In this document: piece by piece, positions 36,696 through 46,806 of the stretch
How positions within the stretch are numbered: position 1 is the first letter of the stretch
Layout of the letters: every line of letters starts with the position of its first letter
From: an uncultured Gammaproteobacteria bacterium
GTDB lineage: Bacteria; Patescibacteriota; Patescibacteriia; UBA9934; CAZDDW01
Reading direction: 5' to 3'
NCBI GenBank assembly: GCA_965231015.1
Contig: OZ246408.1
Coordinates: 545,237 to 609,236 of the forward strand
Length of the DNA stretch: 64,000 bases
Notes under the pieces: generated by a model
Databases searched by the model: none
Told to the model about the DNA's origin: nothing
Seen by the model: the letters and a program-made list of their open reading frames with translations, nothing else
Translations under genes and position numbers: made by a program

Positions 36696-38663
36696 ATGCG
36701 TTCAATTTTGATAACTATGAGTTTGTTGATAGGATCAACTGCTTTTTTTGTACCCACAGCAATGGCTCAAACCTCGTCACTAGTTCCAGATTTATCTGAA
36801 TCTATTAGTGACGAATATTATACTTATGAGGTTACTGAAGATGATGAATCAGTTGAGGTTATCTCTTCCTGTTCGTCTGAAGAAACTCCTCCGAATTTCG
36901 AGGAACCAAGCGAATGTGTCGCTTTCTGTGATTCGTGTGTCCTAAGGGACGACCTGTGTTGGTATTGCGATGATGAAGACCTGGTCTATGAATATCAGGA
37001 AAAAGGTCTTTGGAATGGAATAAAAAATTGGTTTAATCGCATTTTCCGACCCAATGCTCCGGCTGTTGGTGGTGGACAGGCTGCTGGTCAGCAAAAAGGG
37101 TGGCTTGGAAAAGTGATCGATGCAGTTGTTAATCTGTTCACAAAGGAAGATCCCGAACAGGCGGCCGAACAAGTTGGAAATGAAAAAATCCGCGAAGCAG
37201 GAAAGAAGGTGTTGGAACACCATGAAGCCAAAAAGAAAAGCGAAGAAGGACCAAGTGCGGCTGAAGTCGAGAACGCGCTCAAAGAGGCTTTTGCTAATGC
37301 CAACAACATTTCCGATCTGATTAAATTGCGTTCCATGATGATGTGGTATTGCAACAATGAGTATGGAATCAGTTATGCTGAGCACGAGTGTCGAGAGCGA
37401 ATGATGGCGGAGTTCAAAAAACGGGGCGATGTTTTAAAACATAAATTATTGGACGCTATTGATCCATCGAGCGGGTCTGCTGACACTTTCCTCAAAATGC
37501 GGAGCTTGTATGTCATCTTAATGGCAGGGAAAAATGCGTCCGGTGAAGGGGTTTGGTTTTCAACCGATAACATCAAGGAAGTTCGTGAAAAGCTTCGAGT
37601 CAAAGCCAAGGAGTGGATGAAACATGCTCTTAATAAAGCCGGATTAGCTGAAATGGCCAACTGGAGAATTTTTGCCGACACTTATACGAATGTTTCAGGT
37701 GGCGGATCAGGTCTTTTTACTGGCTTTGCTCCTAAAGGATACGTTCAATACCGAGCTCAACGTTTAGTTCTTCAAGCCATGGCAGACATGGATATTTGTA
37801 ATCCTGACCCGGAAAAATTGAAGCGACTTCAGAATCTTTTGAATAATAACGGCCGCAGTTGTGTTGAACTTATCGGCAGTCAAGATATCTGTAATCTTAT
37901 TAATGACGGAAACATTGAAGAGGCTTACAAGAAGCTGTATGAATTAGGTGAAGATGATGAAGCAAGTAAGGAAGACCCAAACAAAGCCCCAGAGCCAGTC
38001 GATTGTTCAAAACCAGCCACTCAAACCACTGACACCACCACGGGTGATGAGACGGAAACGGATGGTGATGAAGAGGAAACAACAGTGTCCGACAATACGG
38101 TTGACCCTATACAGGGAGCCGAGAGTGAACAGAGTGAACAGAGCCAGCAGAGTCAGGTTGGTACTGATGAAAGTGGCGAGTCAACTAGTGACCTGCCTGA
38201 ACAAGAAGAGTCGGAAGAACCAGCACCTGAACCGGAAATACCTGAAGAGCCAGAAACTAAACCGTCAGGGGATAATGAGTCGGATCAAGCTGATGAAGAA
38301 GATGAAGATATTCCGGAAGATGAAGAGCAAGAACCAGCACCTGAACCAGATCCAGAGCCGGAACCGGAGCCTGAATACACTTGTTCGGTTAGCACATATT
38401 TCGATGAAACCACTGGTTGGGATTATTCTGTATCAGATTGTGACTATGGATATTATGACGCGTTTGAGTGTTGGATGATGTGTGGCTCTATGCCGCCTAT
38501 GGTGGTGGCGGAACAAACAGAGTTTGAAACGCTCTGTTATGAAACAGCGGGCGGTTTTGTGGATTACAATATGATTTTGCCGTGTCGGTTTGATCCGGAA
38601 CCACCATCTGATGTTGCGCAATGCACCAGTGATTGTCTGCGTGATGATTGGTTGCCATATTAG
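36696..38663 (+). CDS. Secreted acidic protein with Cys-rich termini and a D/E/P/Q low-complexity region
   Basis: Signal peptide MRSILITMSLLIGSTAFFVPTAMAQ. There are Cys clusters at both ends, and PEPEPEPE/EEDEDIPEDEE tracts. Confidence 0.7.
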   Translation: MRSILITMSLLIGSTAFFVPTAMAQTSSLVPDLSESISDEYYTYEVTEDDESVEVISSCSSEETPPNFEEPSECVAFCDSCVLRDDLCWYCDDEDLVYEYQEKGLWNGIKNWFNRIFRPNAPAVGGGQAAGQQKGWLGKVIDAVVNLFTKEDPEQAAEQVGNEKIREAGKKVLEHHEAKKKSEEGPSAAEVENALKEAFANANNISDLIKLRSMMMWYCNNEYGISYAEHECRERMMAEFKKRGDVLKHKLLDAIDPSSGSADTFLKMRSLYVILMAGKNASGEGVWFSTDNIKEVREKLRVKAKEWMKHALNKAGLAEMANWRIFADTYTNVSGGGSGLFTGFAPKGYVQYRAQRLVLQAMADMDICNPDPEKLKRLQNLLNNNGRSCVELIGSQDICNLINDGNIEEAYKKLYELGEDDEASKEDPNKAPEPVDCSKPATQTTDTTTGDETETDGDEEETTVSDNTVDPIQGAESEQSEQSQQSQVGTDESGESTSDLPEQEESEEPAPEPEIPEEPETKPSGDNESDQADEEDEDIPEDEEQEPAPEPDPEPEPEPEYTCSVSTYFDETTGWDYSVSDCDYGYYDAFECWMMCGSMPPMVVAEQTEFETLCYETAGGFVDYNMILPCRFDPEPPSDVAQCTSDCLRDDWLPY

Positions 38664-38680
38664 CCTAATTAAGCTAAGAT
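38652..38680 (+). promoter_or_regulatory. Promoter of tRNA-Ser
   Basis: TTGCCA (38652-57), 17 nt, TAAGAT (38675-80). The tRNA 5' end lies 11 nt downstream. Confidence 0.5.
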
Positions 38681-38691
38681 GACGCTCACGC

Positions 38692-38779
38692 GGAGGGTTG
38701 ACCGAGAGGCCGATGGTGCACGCTTGGAAAGCGTGTGTGTCGAAAGGCACCATGGGTTCGAATCCCATACCCTCCGCCA
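38692..38779 (+). tRNA. tRNA-Ser (GGA), long variable arm, CCA encoded
   Basis: GGAGGGTTGACCGAGAGGCCGATGGTGCACGCTTGGAAAGCGTGTGTGTCGAAAGGCACCATGGGTTCGAATCCCATACCCTCCGCCA, with anticodon loop TTGGAAA. Confidence 0.95.
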
Positions 38780-38827
38780 GAATTATTCTGGTACAAGTGC
38801 AGGAAAAAGATGTAAAATACAAATAAT

Positions 38828-39157
38828 ATGTTTAAAAGAAAAACTATGAAAACAAATAATCTGACAATCATGTCTTTGATTCATGCGGCATCTGTTTACA
38901 TTTACATATTTTTTGTGGTGATGCTCATGAACTCAATGCAGTATATTTTTATTGAAGAAAACGAAATAGCTGCTGCGCTTGTTATGCTGGTACTATTCGT
39001 TGTTTCTGCCTGTATCACCGGAGCGTTGATTTTAGGAAAGCCAATCTTGCTTTATCTTGAAAAGAAAAAACAAGAAGCGTTGAAGATGTTTTTTATGACC
39101 GTTGGCTGGTTGGTGCTGATTCTTGCGGTAACAATAGTTGTTTGGAGCGTCATTTAA
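38828..39157 (+). CDS. Small three-TM membrane protein, unknown function
   Basis: 109-aa hydrophobic ORF followed by a terminator. Confidence 0.5.
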   Translation: MFKRKTMKTNNLTIMSLIHAASVYIYIFFVVMLMNSMQYIFIEENEIAAALVMLVLFVVSACITGALILGKPILLYLEKKKQEALKMFFMTVGWLVLILAVTIVVWSVI

Positions 39158-39178
39158 GGTTATCCACAATAAACAAAA

Positions 39179-39210
39179 AGCCCGTCAAGGTATATCCCTG
39201 GCGGGCTTTT
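39179..39210 (+). terminator. Rho-independent terminator
   Basis: AGCCCGUCAAGG-UAUAU-CCCUGGCGGGCU followed by UUU. A U.G pair favours the plus strand. Confidence 0.65.
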
Positions 39211-39452
39211 AAAGCTCCACGCGGCTCGACACTTGATTGACTAATTATAGTCAGTCGGGCGGCCTCAAAAAGTTTGAGGCACCAAGCGTAATCAGCTATA
39301 CCCAGCGCTCCGGATAAAGCTTTTTAGGCCCGGTTCAGCCGCGGAGCTCTCGCGCTATTACCACGGTAATAGCGGTTCCAAGCTCGATAATCATGTTTAG
39401 CTCAAATAATAATCGAACGCGTGAAGCTACTTTTACAATAGCAAATATTCTC

Positions 39453-39491
39453 AAAAAGGAAAACAGAGGCCCTTCGGTCCCCTGCCTTCCT
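39453..39491 (-). terminator. Strong rho-independent terminator of the dsbA-like/lgt/gat/ligA gene string
   Basis: The minus-strand RNA reads AGGAAGGCAGGGGACC-GAAG-GGCCUCUGUUUUCCU followed by UUUUU. Three G.U pairs make the stem specific to the minus strand. Confidence 0.7.
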
Positions 39492-39545
39492 AAGCGATCC
39501 CCAGTGAAATGTCACTGGAGGCGAGTTTATCCAGTAAGACTGGAT

Positions 39546-40274
39546 TTATAACTCTTCTTCTATTATACCTTGAAACGTAGCCAAAGGTACAGCCCCGGAC
39601 ACTTTTGTTCCGTTAACGTAGGTTGCCGGGGTTCCGGTTACACCGGCTGATGTTCCGCCTGCCATTTCAGCGGCAATTTCATCTTCGTACCTGCCTGATT
39701 CATAACAATCCAGAAAATCATTCACGTTCAGTCCAATATCGTTTGCGATTTCTTCGTACGAGTCATCACCCAAGTCGCCAGAGTTAGCAAACAGTTCATC
39801 ATGATAGTCCCAAAACTTTCCTTGTTCTGCCGCACACTCGCTAGCTACGGCCGCTGGTACGGCTTCTGGGTGAAAAGACAGCGGGAAATGTCGGAACACA
39901 AGCGCTACATCATTTCCGTACTCATCAATTATACTTTTAAGAGTGTCTTGGTGGCCAGTACAGTAAGGACATTGAAAATCAGAATATTCAACCAAAATCA
40001 CTTTGGCTGTAGAAACGTCACCGAGAATGTGGTCATCACTGGTCACAGGAGGTAATTGGCCACTTGGCGCTTCAGCAGGTGCTGGTTCATCAGCTTCATC
40101 GTCCTGAACTAAGGAATCTGTTTCTTCCTCGTTTGCGGCAGTGGCAGAACCGTCATTCATGGCCATGTTGGCGAAAAATACTGCGGCCACAATGGCTAAG
40201 ACAGCAACTCCTGAAATAAAACCACTGAAAAACATGGTTTTGGGAGAGCCGTTAAAAAAATCGTTGTTATCCAT
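39546..40274 (-). CDS. DsbA-family thioredoxin-fold oxidoreductase, membrane anchored
   Basis: N-terminal TM segment and acidic linker, then the FQCPYC active site. Confidence 0.8.
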   Translation of the reverse strand: MDNNDFFNGSPKTMFFSGFISGVAVLAIVAAVFFANMAMNDGSATAANEEETDSLVQDDEADEPAPAEAPSGQLPPVTSDDHILGDVSTAKVILVEYSDFQCPYCTGHQDTLKSIIDEYGNDVALVFRHFPLSFHPEAVPAAVASECAAEQGKFWDYHDELFANSGDLGDDSYEEIANDIGLNVNDFLDCYESGRYEDEIAAEMAGGTSAGVTGTPATYVNGTKVSGAVPLATFQGIIEEEL

Positions 40275-40287
40275 AAGGTGTGTTTAA

Positions 40288-41070
40288 TTATTGAAGTTTG
40301 AGCTTATCATACGTATCTCGCTCAGGCAAATTTGTTGTTTTGAATTTATAGGCAAGGAATAAACCAAGAATAATCATGCCGATTGCGGAGTATTGTGCCG
40401 GGGTTAAGCCAAGGTATTTTACGTCAACCGCACGAGTAAAATCAAGCACAAATCGAGCCAGACCGTACCAGATTAGAAAGACGATCGGGTAAGTGGTGGG
40501 ACTCACTTTATACCTTCTTAACAACACGAAAACTAGGAATAAAATCAAGCCGTTCAGGGACAAGTAAAGACCGTGATCGTGTCGGATGATACCGTCCGGA
40601 TATTGAATTCCAAGGAAAAAACTTGTTTCTGTTCCCGGGTGGTCGTGAATAAAAGCACAGCCAATCCGACCAATAAACAGGCCGAGCGGGAGGCCAAAAA
40701 CTCCAGCACTAAAATACTTCCAAAAATCAAGTTTGTTAATTTTCAGGTAGAGCCATCCAAGAAGAACCGCTCCAACAAAACCACCAATAACAGAAAAACC
40801 ACTTTCCCATGGAGCCAGGGCCAACCAAGGATGTTCTAAATAATAACCAAGCTCATAAAACAAGACATGGAACACACGACTCATGACTACAGCACCAAGC
40901 AACACCCAAACCAGCGCGTCCCAGAGCCTTTTTTCTTGAAGACCGATCGATTTTGCGTAGTTGACTGACGCGTAGGTTCCAAATACAAAACCAAGGGCAA
41001 CCATGGTACCCCAAAATTGCAAATTAATCGGACCGAGCGGAATAGTGTGTATTTCAAGGTAAGGAATCAT
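40288..41070 (-). CDS. lgt: Prolipoprotein diacylglyceryl transferase
   Basis: 260-aa multi-TM protein. GLFIGRIGCAFIHDHPG and the overall pattern fit Lgt. Confidence 0.7.
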   Translation of the reverse strand: MIPYLEIHTIPLGPINLQFWGTMVALGFVFGTYASVNYAKSIGLQEKRLWDALVWVLLGAVVMSRVFHVLFYELGYYLEHPWLALAPWESGFSVIGGFVGAVLLGWLYLKINKLDFWKYFSAGVFGLPLGLFIGRIGCAFIHDHPGTETSFFLGIQYPDGIIRHDHGLYLSLNGLILFLVFVLLRRYKVSPTTYPIVFLIWYGLARFVLDFTRAVDVKYLGLTPAQYSAIGMIILGLFLAYKFKTTNLPERDTYDKLKLQ

Positions 41071-41699
41071 ATTTTTATGAGTTTAAATATTTCGTTTCGG
41101 TATCGAATGGACAAAATTACCCCAAGCGTTGCTCCTGTAGCATCAAAAGCGTAATCAATGACGGTATCATTAGGTTGACCAGCCTCACCGTACATTTCTG
41201 TCCCCCAAATAATATCCCCATAGTATTCAAAAGCTTCATTGCCAATTCCGGTCAAAAAACTTAAAACAATCGCAATGACCACAACCACCGCCCAATTACT
41301 TTTCAGGGTCGGTTTAAGCGTATAAACAAGGGTAACAAAGCCGATAGCCGCGAATAATGAGGCAGTATAGTGAACAAAAGAATCATAACCAATTCCCCAC
41401 CGGTATGGCCCGAAAGATCCAATCCAGGATAAACACATGGCCCCGGCCAGCAATAGTTCGATTAAAGCCAGTAATGGTTCTGTGGCACGACGTTTTAAGC
41501 TCGGAATTTTGAATATGAGCCAGGGTAAAAACAATAATATAGCCGATATCCCCATTAACCAAGCTAAAAACCATTCATCGTCATGGGCTCGGATGTCGAT
41601 CAGTTCAAAGGCCAACAAGATAGTTAAAACCACAAAAATCCAGAAAATGATCTGGATGGCAATTCTTGTTTTTAATTTAGAAAACAAAAACAAGGGCAT
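41067..41699 (-). CDS. Multi-TM membrane protein, unknown function
   Basis: 210 aa with 5-6 TM helices. It overlaps the lgt start by 4 nt. Confidence 0.5.
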   Translation of the reverse strand: MPLFLFSKLKTRIAIQIIFWIFVVLTILLAFELIDIRAHDDEWFLAWLMGISAILLFLPWLIFKIPSLKRRATEPLLALIELLLAGAMCLSWIGSFGPYRWGIGYDSFVHYTASLFAAIGFVTLVYTLKPTLKSNWAVVVVIAIVLSFLTGIGNEAFEYYGDIIWGTEMYGEAGQPNDTVIDYAFDATGATLGVILSIRYRNEIFKLIKI

Positions 41700-41700
41700 A

Positions 41701-43155
41701 CTATGTAAAGTTCGGAGAAGTTTTGTGCCAGTCAGTTTCTTCTTGGTAGGCCTTCCCTACCCTAAACAAAGTATATTCATCAAAAGCCTGTCCGATTAAT
41801 TGAAATCCGACCGGTAGATTATTGACAAAACCACACGGAATGGATATTCCGGGTAGACCGGCCAAGTTTAAGGAAATGGTGTAAATATCAGACAGATACA
41901 TTTCCAACGGGTCGTCAACCTTAGCACCTATTTCCCAGGCTACCGTTGGCGAGGTTGGGGTAAGCAAACAATCAACCTGATTAAAGACCTGATCAAAATC
42001 TTCACGGATTTTTGCGCGGACCTGCAGAGCTTTTTTGTAGTATGCGTCATAGTAACCACTTGATAGGGCGTAGGTACCAAGCATAATTCGGCGTTTAACC
42101 TCGGCTCCAAAACCTTGTCCGCGGGTTCGTTTATAAAGCTCATCCAAATTTTCACTACGCTCACTCTTTCCATACCGAATTCCATCAAAGCGAGCCAAGT
42201 TTGAGCTGGCCTCTGAAGGCATGACAATGTAATACGCGGCTAAAGAATAATCTGTGTGTGGTAGTTCCACCTCTTTAAAAACGGCACCCTTGGACTCAAG
42301 GAGTTGGATAACTAGATTGATTTGTCCCTTGATCTTGTTATCTAAACCTTTTGCAAAGTATTCTTTTGGTAAACCGATTTTAACTCCGTTGATATCACTA
42401 TTTATAAGTTCAGCCACGGTTGTTTTTATGTCGGGTGAACTAGTGGCGTCTTTTGGGTCAGGTCCCTCAATGGTTTTTAAAATTAAAGCCGCATCCTCAA
42501 CAGTTCGTGCAAAAGGGCCGATTTGATCTAGGCTTGACGCAAGAGCAATTAATCCATTTCGAGAAACACGTCCATAGGTTGGTTTTAGCCCAACTACACC
42601 ACAAAGCGAGGCTGGTTGGCGAATAGAGCCACCAGTATCAGAACCGAGCGCCGCCGGTACAAACCCGGCTGCCACAACCGCAGCAGACCCACCAGAGCTC
42701 CCCCCGGGGACTCGTTTTGTATTCCATGGATTATACGTGTTTCCGTGAGCAGAGTTTTCACAAGATGATCCCATGGCGAACTCGTCACAGTTGGTTCGAC
42801 CAATAATAATTGCTCCGGCCGCCTTAAGTCGATCCACTACGGTGGCACTATAAGTGGCACGATAATTTTCCAAAATTTTTGATCCGGCACTAGCAATTTT
42901 CCCCCTCACCAGAATATTGTCCTTTAAGGCAATGGGAATTCCGGCCAGAGGAGGCAAACTTTCGCCCTTAGAACGTTTTTCATCCCATTTATGAGCTTCT
43001 TCCAAGGCATCATCAAAAACTTCTAAAAAAGCGTGAATTGACTCGTCACGTCGTTTGATCAAATTTAAATAGCCCTGCAACAATTCAACCGAAGTGATCT
43101 TTTTTTCGGTCAATAGTCTTCTGATTTCAAAAATTGATAGATTTAGGTTGTCCAT
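41701..43155 (-). CDS. gatA: Glu/Asp-tRNA amidotransferase subunit A
   Basis: Amidase signature [14 protein letters not shown] and [10 protein letters not shown]. Confidence 0.95.
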   Translation of the reverse strand: MDNLNLSIFEIRRLLTEKKITSVELLQGYLNLIKRRDESIHAFLEVFDDALEEAHKWDEKRSKGESLPPLAGIPIALKDNILVRGKIASAGSKILENYRATYSATVVDRLKAAGAIIIGRTNCDEFAMGSSCENSAHGNTYNPWNTKRVPGGSSGGSAAVVAAGFVPAALGSDTGGSIRQPASLCGVVGLKPTYGRVSRNGLIALASSLDQIGPFARTVEDAALILKTIEGPDPKDATSSPDIKTTVAELINSDINGVKIGLPKEYFAKGLDNKIKGQINLVIQLLESKGAVFKEVELPHTDYSLAAYYIVMPSEASSNLARFDGIRYGKSERSENLDELYKRTRGQGFGAEVKRRIMLGTYALSSGYYDAYYKKALQVRAKIREDFDQVFNQVDCLLTPTSPTVAWEIGAKVDDPLEMYLSDIYTISLNLAGLPGISIPCGFVNNLPVGFQLIGQAFDEYTLFRVGKAYQEETDWHKTSPNFT

Positions 43156-43460
43156 TATTCCGAATTACCGAATACGTTCGGTGAACTTAAAAGTTTGCCC
43201 TCTTTAGCAGGAAACGAATTACAAATTGCATCGACGGTTGCTTGACTGCTTGCAGCAACCGTGTCTTCTCGAAGTACATTCACGCCATCATCAGCATGTG
43301 CCATCTGTGGAGCATCAGCCGATAATTTTAACTTTTCGATCTTTTCAATATAATCCAAAATCTCTCCCAGCTGTTTTTGATAAAGCCGAGCTTCTTCATC
43401 TGTGATCTGTAATTTAGCCAGATCAGCCATGTGATCGATGTGGTCTCTGGTAAGTTTCAT
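43155..43460 (-). CDS. gatC: Glu/Asp-tRNA amidotransferase subunit C
   Basis: 101 aa. The LAKLQITDEE...ILDYIEKI pattern is present, and the gene sits upstream of gatA with a 1-nt overlap. Confidence 0.85.
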   Translation of the reverse strand: MKLTRDHIDHMADLAKLQITDEEARLYQKQLGEILDYIEKIEKLKLSADAPQMAHADDGVNVLREDTVAASSQATVDAICNSFPAKEGKLLSSPNVFGNSE

Positions 43461-43461
43461 G

Positions 43462-45462
43462 TTAGTTAAGGATAGCTAAAAAATCATCTTCTGACAACAC
43501 ACTTACACCCACTTTTTTTGCTTTTGCAAGTTTTGAGCCCGGTTTCTCTCCAACCACTAAGTAGGTTGTTTCTTTACTTACTGACCCGGGCGTTCTGGCA
43601 CCTAAATCCCTCACTCTTTGCTTGGCCTCATCTCGACTCATGGTTTTCATTGAACCGGTAAAAACAAAGCTTTGGCCAGAGAGTGGTTTGGTTTGTCCGG
43701 TTTTCGTGGACCCTACCTTTACGCCGTGCTTTTTATAATCTTCGATCAGATCTTGATTTGTTTCTGATGAGAAAAAGCTGTGTAAGCTCTCTGCAACCAC
43801 ATTTCCGATGCCGGGGATAGTGTTGAGGTCTTCAGCTTTAGCTGAAATTATTCTATCTAAAGAACCGAAATGATCTGCAATATCCCGAGCGGTTTGTTCG
43901 CCCACGTGACGAATTCCCAGGGCAACCAAAAAGCGATCAAGCGGAATAGTTTTTTTATCTGCAATGGCTTTTTTTAGTTTTGTGGCTGACACCTTGGCAA
44001 AACCTTCGAGTTCTAGCAGTTCTTCAGGTTTAAGGGTGAAAAGATCCGGAGCTGATTGAATAAGTCCTGCTTCAAGCAATTGGGCCACAATAGAATCCCC
44101 CAGACCATCAATTTCGAAGGCTCTGACAGCGTGCAAAATACGACCCTGATCCTTGGCCGGACAGTCATCGTTGGTACAGTAGGTTGCCACCTCACCTTCT
44201 TTGCGCTTCGTTTCTGATCCACAAACAGGGCAATGACGCGGTGGTTCAATCCGCCTAACGTTGCTTGGACGCATCTCATTTAACACCCGTACAACTTTGG
44301 GTATTATTTCCCCAGCCTTGACCAGAATCACAGTATCTCCGATCCGAAGATCTAAGCGTTTGATCTCATCCGCATTATGCAAAGAAGCGTGCTTTACCGT
44401 GGTGCCGCCAATCCAGGTCGGTTTTACAATGGCCACCGGGGTCAAAGCTCCGGTTCGCCCAACAAACCATTCCACGTCTTCAACCACGGTCGTGGCTTCT
44501 TCGGCTGGAAATTTCCAGGCCACGAGCCCGCGAGGCGTTTTTCCAACAACACCAAGCTTGGCAAACTGCTGATTATTATTAACCCGAATTACGGTTCCAT
44601 CAATCCAATAATTCATGTTTTCACGTTTGTCCTGCATTTTATTCCAGTAGTCTTTTACTTCACCAACACTTTTAGTAACCTGAAATTCCGGGCTAACTTT
44701 AAAACCGAGCTGGTGAAGAATTTTCCATTCATTATCATGGGTTTTTTGGCCAATGTCAGTCACAATATCCCACGCTAAAAACGAAAGTTTTCGTTCGGCT
44801 GTAATACGCGGATCAAGTTGTCGAACAGTCCCGGCCGCGGCATTTCGCGGGTTCGCGAATTCTTTTTTCCCCTGTTTTTTTAGCTGTTGATTATATTTTT
44901 TAAATTCATCAACCGGAAAGTACACCTCACCCCGAACCTCGAACGTCCCTTTCAGTGCTTTTTGAGCTGACTTGGAATCTCGAAGTCGTAAAGGGATAGA
45001 TTCAATCGTTTTAATATTTGAGGTGATATTTTCCCCAACAACACCATCACCTCTGGTGGCAGCTTGAACCAAAATTCCGTCTTGATAAGTGAGAGTGATC
45101 GCTAATCCATCAAGTTTTACCATGCAAAAAACTGTAAACCGGGGTTGGTCAAGCAATTTTCCAATCCGCTCATACCAAGCCTGAAATTCGTCTTCAGAAA
45201 AAACGTCTTCCATAGACAGCATGCGTTCACTGTGACGCACCTTTTCGAATTTATCCAAGGGTTGTCCTCCTACACGTTGCGTTGGCGAATCCGAGGTGAT
45301 TAGTTCTGGGTATTCTTGTTCAAGTTCATACAGTTCGTGTTTTAAAGAATCCAAAGCCGGATCAGACATGGTTTGTTTGTCTAAAACATGATAGTTGTAG
45401 CGTTCCTTGGCAATGGTGTCTCGTAATTTTACAACGCGGTCTTTGGCTTCTTTTAAATTCAT
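43462..45462 (-). CDS. ligA: NAD-dependent DNA ligase
   Basis: Adenylation motif CMVKLDGLA, Zn finger CPVCGS...YCTNDDCPA, and HhH and BRCT regions. Confidence 0.95.
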   Translation of the reverse strand: MNLKEAKDRVVKLRDTIAKERYNYHVLDKQTMSDPALDSLKHELYELEQEYPELITSDSPTQRVGGQPLDKFEKVRHSERMLSMEDVFSEDEFQAWYERIGKLLDQPRFTVFCMVKLDGLAITLTYQDGILVQAATRGDGVVGENITSNIKTIESIPLRLRDSKSAQKALKGTFEVRGEVYFPVDEFKKYNQQLKKQGKKEFANPRNAAAGTVRQLDPRITAERKLSFLAWDIVTDIGQKTHDNEWKILHQLGFKVSPEFQVTKSVGEVKDYWNKMQDKRENMNYWIDGTVIRVNNNQQFAKLGVVGKTPRGLVAWKFPAEEATTVVEDVEWFVGRTGALTPVAIVKPTWIGGTTVKHASLHNADEIKRLDLRIGDTVILVKAGEIIPKVVRVLNEMRPSNVRRIEPPRHCPVCGSETKRKEGEVATYCTNDDCPAKDQGRILHAVRAFEIDGLGDSIVAQLLEAGLIQSAPDLFTLKPEELLELEGFAKVSATKLKKAIADKKTIPLDRFLVALGIRHVGEQTARDIADHFGSLDRIISAKAEDLNTIPGIGNVVAESLHSFFSSETNQDLIEDYKKHGVKVGSTKTGQTKPLSGQSFVFTGSMKTMSRDEAKQRVRDLGARTPGSVSKETTYLVVGEKPGSKLAKAKKVGVSVLSEDDFLAILN

Positions 45463-46250
45463 AAATGAAATGCGCTCAAATAGTATTCAATCACGTGCTC
45501 ACCAAAGAAAAGCATGGCTATGGCCGCACCAGACAAAAATGTGCCAAAGGCGATTTTAGTTTGCATGTTGACTTTTTTGGCTAAAATGAGACCGATTGAG
45601 AAGATGGCACCTGCTATATAGGCAAAAAAGAGTGTGGCCAATCCGTTCCAAAGTCCCAGCATTAATCCAATCACAACACCTAGTCGAATATCCCCGCCCC
45701 CAATCCAGCGTCCCTTAGAAACCATAAATTGCATTAAAAAAAAGATGCCAAGTACGGCTGCTCCATACAGCAATAAGCTGGGCGGAAAGCCAAGAGCCAG
45801 GTTTATCAACAAAGCCACGAACATAGCCGAAACACTGAACCGATCCGGAATAATCTGATAACGCAAGTCATAAACAAAAATCAAAATCAAAAAAGAGACA
45901 AAAATACAATCTCGAATGATCAGCCAAAGAATTAGTTCTGGGCTAACCGGTGAAAATAGAAACCAGCCATACCAGTAGTGCGCAAAGACAGCCACAAACA
46001 AGACTGCAGTCGCCAGCTCTACTGCCGGATACTGAAGACTGATCTTGTTTCTGCACTTCCGGCACTTGGCTCGCAGAATAATCCAGCTGGCCACAGGGAT
46101 TAAATCAAACCAGGCAATTGGTTGTTGGCAGTGTCGACAAATAGAGCGACGTGATTTTTTGTCCAAGGGTTCATAGGTGCGTGAAATCACGACATTCAAA
46201 AAACTGCCTACCCCGAGACCCAAAACCATAAATAATAACGCCATAAACAT
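45459..46250 (-). CDS. Prepilin peptidase (A24 family)
   Basis: N-terminal CxxC pairs (CRHCQQ, CRKCRN) and the GGGDIRLG active-site region, in a multi-TM protein. Confidence 0.85.
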   Translation of the reverse strand: MFMALLFMVLGLGVGSFLNVVISRTYEPLDKKSRRSICRHCQQPIAWFDLIPVASWIILRAKCRKCRNKISLQYPAVELATAVLFVAVFAHYWYGWFLFSPVSPELILWLIIRDCIFVSFLILIFVYDLRYQIIPDRFSVSAMFVALLINLALGFPPSLLLYGAAVLGIFFLMQFMVSKGRWIGGGDIRLGVVIGLMLGLWNGLATLFFAYIAGAIFSIGLILAKKVNMQTKIAFGTFLSGAAIAMLFFGEHVIEYYLSAFHL

Positions 46251-46287
46251 ATGGCGTTATTTTACCAATTTTAGGCTTATAATTCAA

Positions 46288-46806
46288 TTACTGTTCCTGA
46301 AAACAGGCGCCGGCACGAATTCCGGTCGGAATTGCACAATTAATTCCTTTTTGTATTCCTCGTTCCGGAATGTCTCGTTCAAACTCCAAACTAACCGCGT
46401 AACTCTGGCCATCACTTAAAACCGTATAACAGTAGGCGGTACGAGCCGGGTTTCCACATTGGCTTAAGTCCTGCAACCCCTTGTCATAAAGCGAAGGAAC
46501 TAAAGACATAAACACTATCGGGTCTCCGGAACAATTTCCCTGAAAGCCTTCACTCGAAAGACAAGCACTTTGCCCGGCATCACCCAGAGGCAAAAATTCT
46601 CCACCTGGATATTCATTCTTTTCGTTAAAATGTTGCTCCAGAGCAATTTGAATCTCATTGATGTCATTCAGGCGTTTATAGTCTCGAGATCTTTCTCGGG
46701 CTGAATTCACCATCACTGCCGCTAAAACACCTACCAATGCAATCACGGCTAAGACAACTAATAATTCAACCTTTGAGATACCCAAATTATTTTTCTTTAG
46801 ATTCAT
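46288..46806 (-). CDS. Type IV pilin-like protein
   Basis: Prepilin leader MNLKKNNLG|ISKVELLVVLAVIALVG, with G at -1 and E at +5. Confidence 0.7.
   Translation of the reverse strand: MNLKKNNLGISKVELLVVLAVIALVGVLAAVMVNSARERSRDYKRLNDINEIQIALEQHFNEKNEYPGGEFLPLGDAGQSACLSSEGFQGNCSGDPIVFMSLVPSLYDKGLQDLSQCGNPARTAYCYTVLSDGQSYAVSLEFERDIPERGIQKGINCAIPTGIRAGACFQEQ

Noticed and set aside
38433-38871. ORFs 38433-38822 (minus strand) and 38686-38871 (minus strand).
   Set aside because: They run antisense through the end of the 655-aa gene and through tRNA-Ser.
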